Assembly: GCA_002788775.1 (NCBI GenBank)
Contig: PFRX01000028.1
Span: forward strand, 18,959-82,958
Direction of reading: 5' to 3'
DNA: 64,000 bases
Source: Candidatus Peregrinibacteria bacterium CG_4_9_14_0_2_um_filter_53_11
Lineage (GTDB): Bacteria > Patescibacteriota > Gracilibacteria > UBA1369 > UM-FILTER-53-11
Positions within the stretch are counted from its first letter, which is position 1. Each line of letters begins with the position of its first letter. Shown here in pieces: positions 62,594 through 64,000 of this stretch. Both the position numbers and the translations under genes were made by a program. The notes beneath the pieces are model-generated. The model made no database searches and was not told the DNA's origin. It was given only the letters and a program-made list of their open reading frames with translations.

Positions 62594-63419
62594 CGATCTT
62601 CTTCATCTTGAGCATGGCCTGTTCGGCCGCCTTGCTGCTCATGAGCTCGCCCATCTTCTCGGGGACGATCTGCCAGCTCACCCCAAATTTATCTTTAATC
62701 CAGCCACACTGTTCGGACTCGGGCACGGCTGAGAGCGTACCCCAGAAGTAGTCGATTTCTTCCTGGTCCTTGCAGTTCACCATCAGAGAGACGGCCTCAC
62801 TAAAGCTAAAGTCGTGCATTCTGGCCGAGTCCATCGCTCCAAACTCCTGGCCGGCGAGTACGAACTGGGCATATTTCACACTTCCCTCCGCGTCCGGCTC
62901 CTCTCCCTTTTCATAGCGGGCCAAAACCTGGGCGGTTCCGCCCGGAAAGACCGAGGCGTAAAAGTTAATCGCCTCTTCCGCCTTACTGCAGAGGCCTTTG
63001 GTAAACATCAAGACGGGCGTGACCCTCTCCTCATACTCCCCCTCAGTACAGATAACCTGCCAGGAGACGCCGAACTTGTCCTGGATCCAGCCGTATTTCT
63101 TGCTGAAGGGATACTCGCCCAGCTCCATCATCACGGTCCCTCCGGGCGTGAGCTTGCTCCAGATGGCCTCGACCTCCTGGGGAGTCTTAAACTTCGCATG
63201 AAATGAGATTGAGGGATTGATACTAAAGTAAGGGCCGGCGCTAATCGACATAAACTGATAGCCCATAATCTCAAAAGCTACAATGTCGCAGTCACCCGAG
63301 GGCGTATCCTTAATCTCAGTTTTTAGGGTAATTTTTGAGTCGGGGAAGGTCGCCGCATAAAACTCAGCGGCCGCTACAGCCTCCTTATCGAACCATAAAT
63401 GGGGTACTATTTTCTGCAT
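62568..63419 (-). CDS. VOC/PhnB-like family protein (duplicated 3-demethylubiquinone-9 methyltransferase-like domain)
   Basis: KIVPHLWF, two GWI.DKFGVSWQ repeats. Confidence 0.88.
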   Translation of the reverse strand: MQKIVPHLWFDKEAVAAAEFYAATFPDSKITLKTEIKDTPSGDCDIVAFEIMGYQFMSISAGPYFSINPSISFHAKFKTPQEVEAIWSKLTPGGTVMMELGEYPFSKKYGWIQDKFGVSWQVICTEGEYEERVTPVLMFTKGLCSKAEEAINFYASVFPGGTAQVLARYEKGEEPDAEGSVKYAQFVLAGQEFGAMDSARMHDFSFSEAVSLMVNCKDQEEIDYFWGTLSAVPESEQCGWIKDKFGVSWQIVPEKMGELMSSKAAEQAMLKMKKIVIQELKDA

Positions 63420-63507
63420 AAAAGTAGGTTAAAGGATTTTAGTAGAGTATTAACAATACTAAGCCTCTTTGAGACCGGGTGCAAGCAAGGGGCAAGGGGC
63501 TCGCCGC

Positions 63508-63774
63508 CTACTTCCGAAGCCGCCTAAGCCACCAGTCCTTAACAAAAGGCACGGTGAGAGTCGAAAGCACAAAGGCCACCGAGGGCACGAGCGCGTTCAC
63601 AAATGGGTTGGGGAGCTCAACCACCAAGAACAACACAACGATCACCAAGTAAGTAAACACGAGAACGAGCAGCCTACGAGTCCAGCTCGTCTCCCACGCC
63701 TTATCAAACTCTACACGCCTGTTGCGCTCTTTGATCTCCTCTAACTGCTTTTCTAGTTCCTGAATACTGGCCAT
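63508..63774 (-). CDS. Small membrane protein
   Basis: ERNRRVE.DKAWETSWTRR followed by two TM helices. Confidence 0.7.
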   Translation of the reverse strand: MASIQELEKQLEEIKERNRRVEFDKAWETSWTRRLLVLVFTYLVIVVLFLVVELPNPFVNALVPSVAFVLSTLTVPFVKDWWLRRLRK

Positions 63775-63804
63775 AGAGTGTACCTCCGGAGCGCTTTCCG
63801 GTCA

Positions 63805-64000
63805 TTATAACTTTGTTACATCCCACCACCCAGTTGTTAGGCAGTCATTGCCCGCAGGCAGTTCCGGAGCAACATCTTGAGGGTCGTATGAAGTCACTAA
63901 CAAACCACTATCTAAGGTTAGTGCGATCTTTGGCTGACCATAAACATGGTCTGCCATCTTGGCGTAGACCTCCGGATCCATAACGCTGTAGACCCTACTC
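63805..64000 (-). CDS. Partial hypothetical CDS (3' end, runs off the window)
   Basis: Open frame SRVYSVMDPEVY...GWWDVTKL* from the window edge to TAA at 63805. Confidence 0.45.
   Translation of the reverse strand, partial: SRVYSVMDPEVYAKMADHVYGQPKIALTLDSGLLVTSYDPQDVAPELPAGNDCLTTGWWDVTKL

Overview
64 kb of chromosomal DNA from a bacterium using genetic code 11 (TGA is a normal stop and long ORFs are uninterrupted). It is most likely a Candidate Phyla Radiation / Patescibacteria organism, Peregrinibacteria-like. This is an inference from the divergent bS21, the solitary VirB4-like ATPase, the sigma70-r4/HARE-HTH protein, an SLH-domain S41 protease, scarce Shine-Dalgarno motifs and many apparently leaderless genes. 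Housekeeping content: clpP, radA, tatD, prmC-prfA, rpsU, gyrB, gyrA, rpmE, tgt, ruvA, pgi, and tRNA-Lys(CTT), -Leu(TAA) and -Cys(GCA). Biosynthetic content is unusually rich for this group: an aroF-aroB-aroA/aroK operon, a separate aroC, nadB and gshA-gshB. A 14 kb minus-strand cluster of exported proteins is headed by a 2815-aa WapA-like Rhs protein with an Ntox44-type C-terminus and an AT-rich candidate immunity gene. The strongest finding, which the ORF track misses, is a complete ribosome-mediated attenuator upstream of the shikimate operon. It has a TTGACA-17-TACTAT promoter, a leaderless 17-aa leader peptide MKRTPATNWFYFFTLTA containing a Trp-Phe-Tyr-Phe-Phe run (all three aromatic end products), and mutually exclusive 1:2, 2:3 and 3:4 hairpins ending in a U-tract terminator. 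Other notable items: an unassigned structured RNA candidate (47243-47380), a degenerate RelA/SpoT-like protein, a YerC/TrpR-like repressor with a palindromic operator, an in-frame prmC-UGA-prfA junction, and a livF relic overlapping the end of aroC. No CRISPR array, rRNA, transposase or integrase was seen. Family assignments come from motif recognition only; no searches were run.
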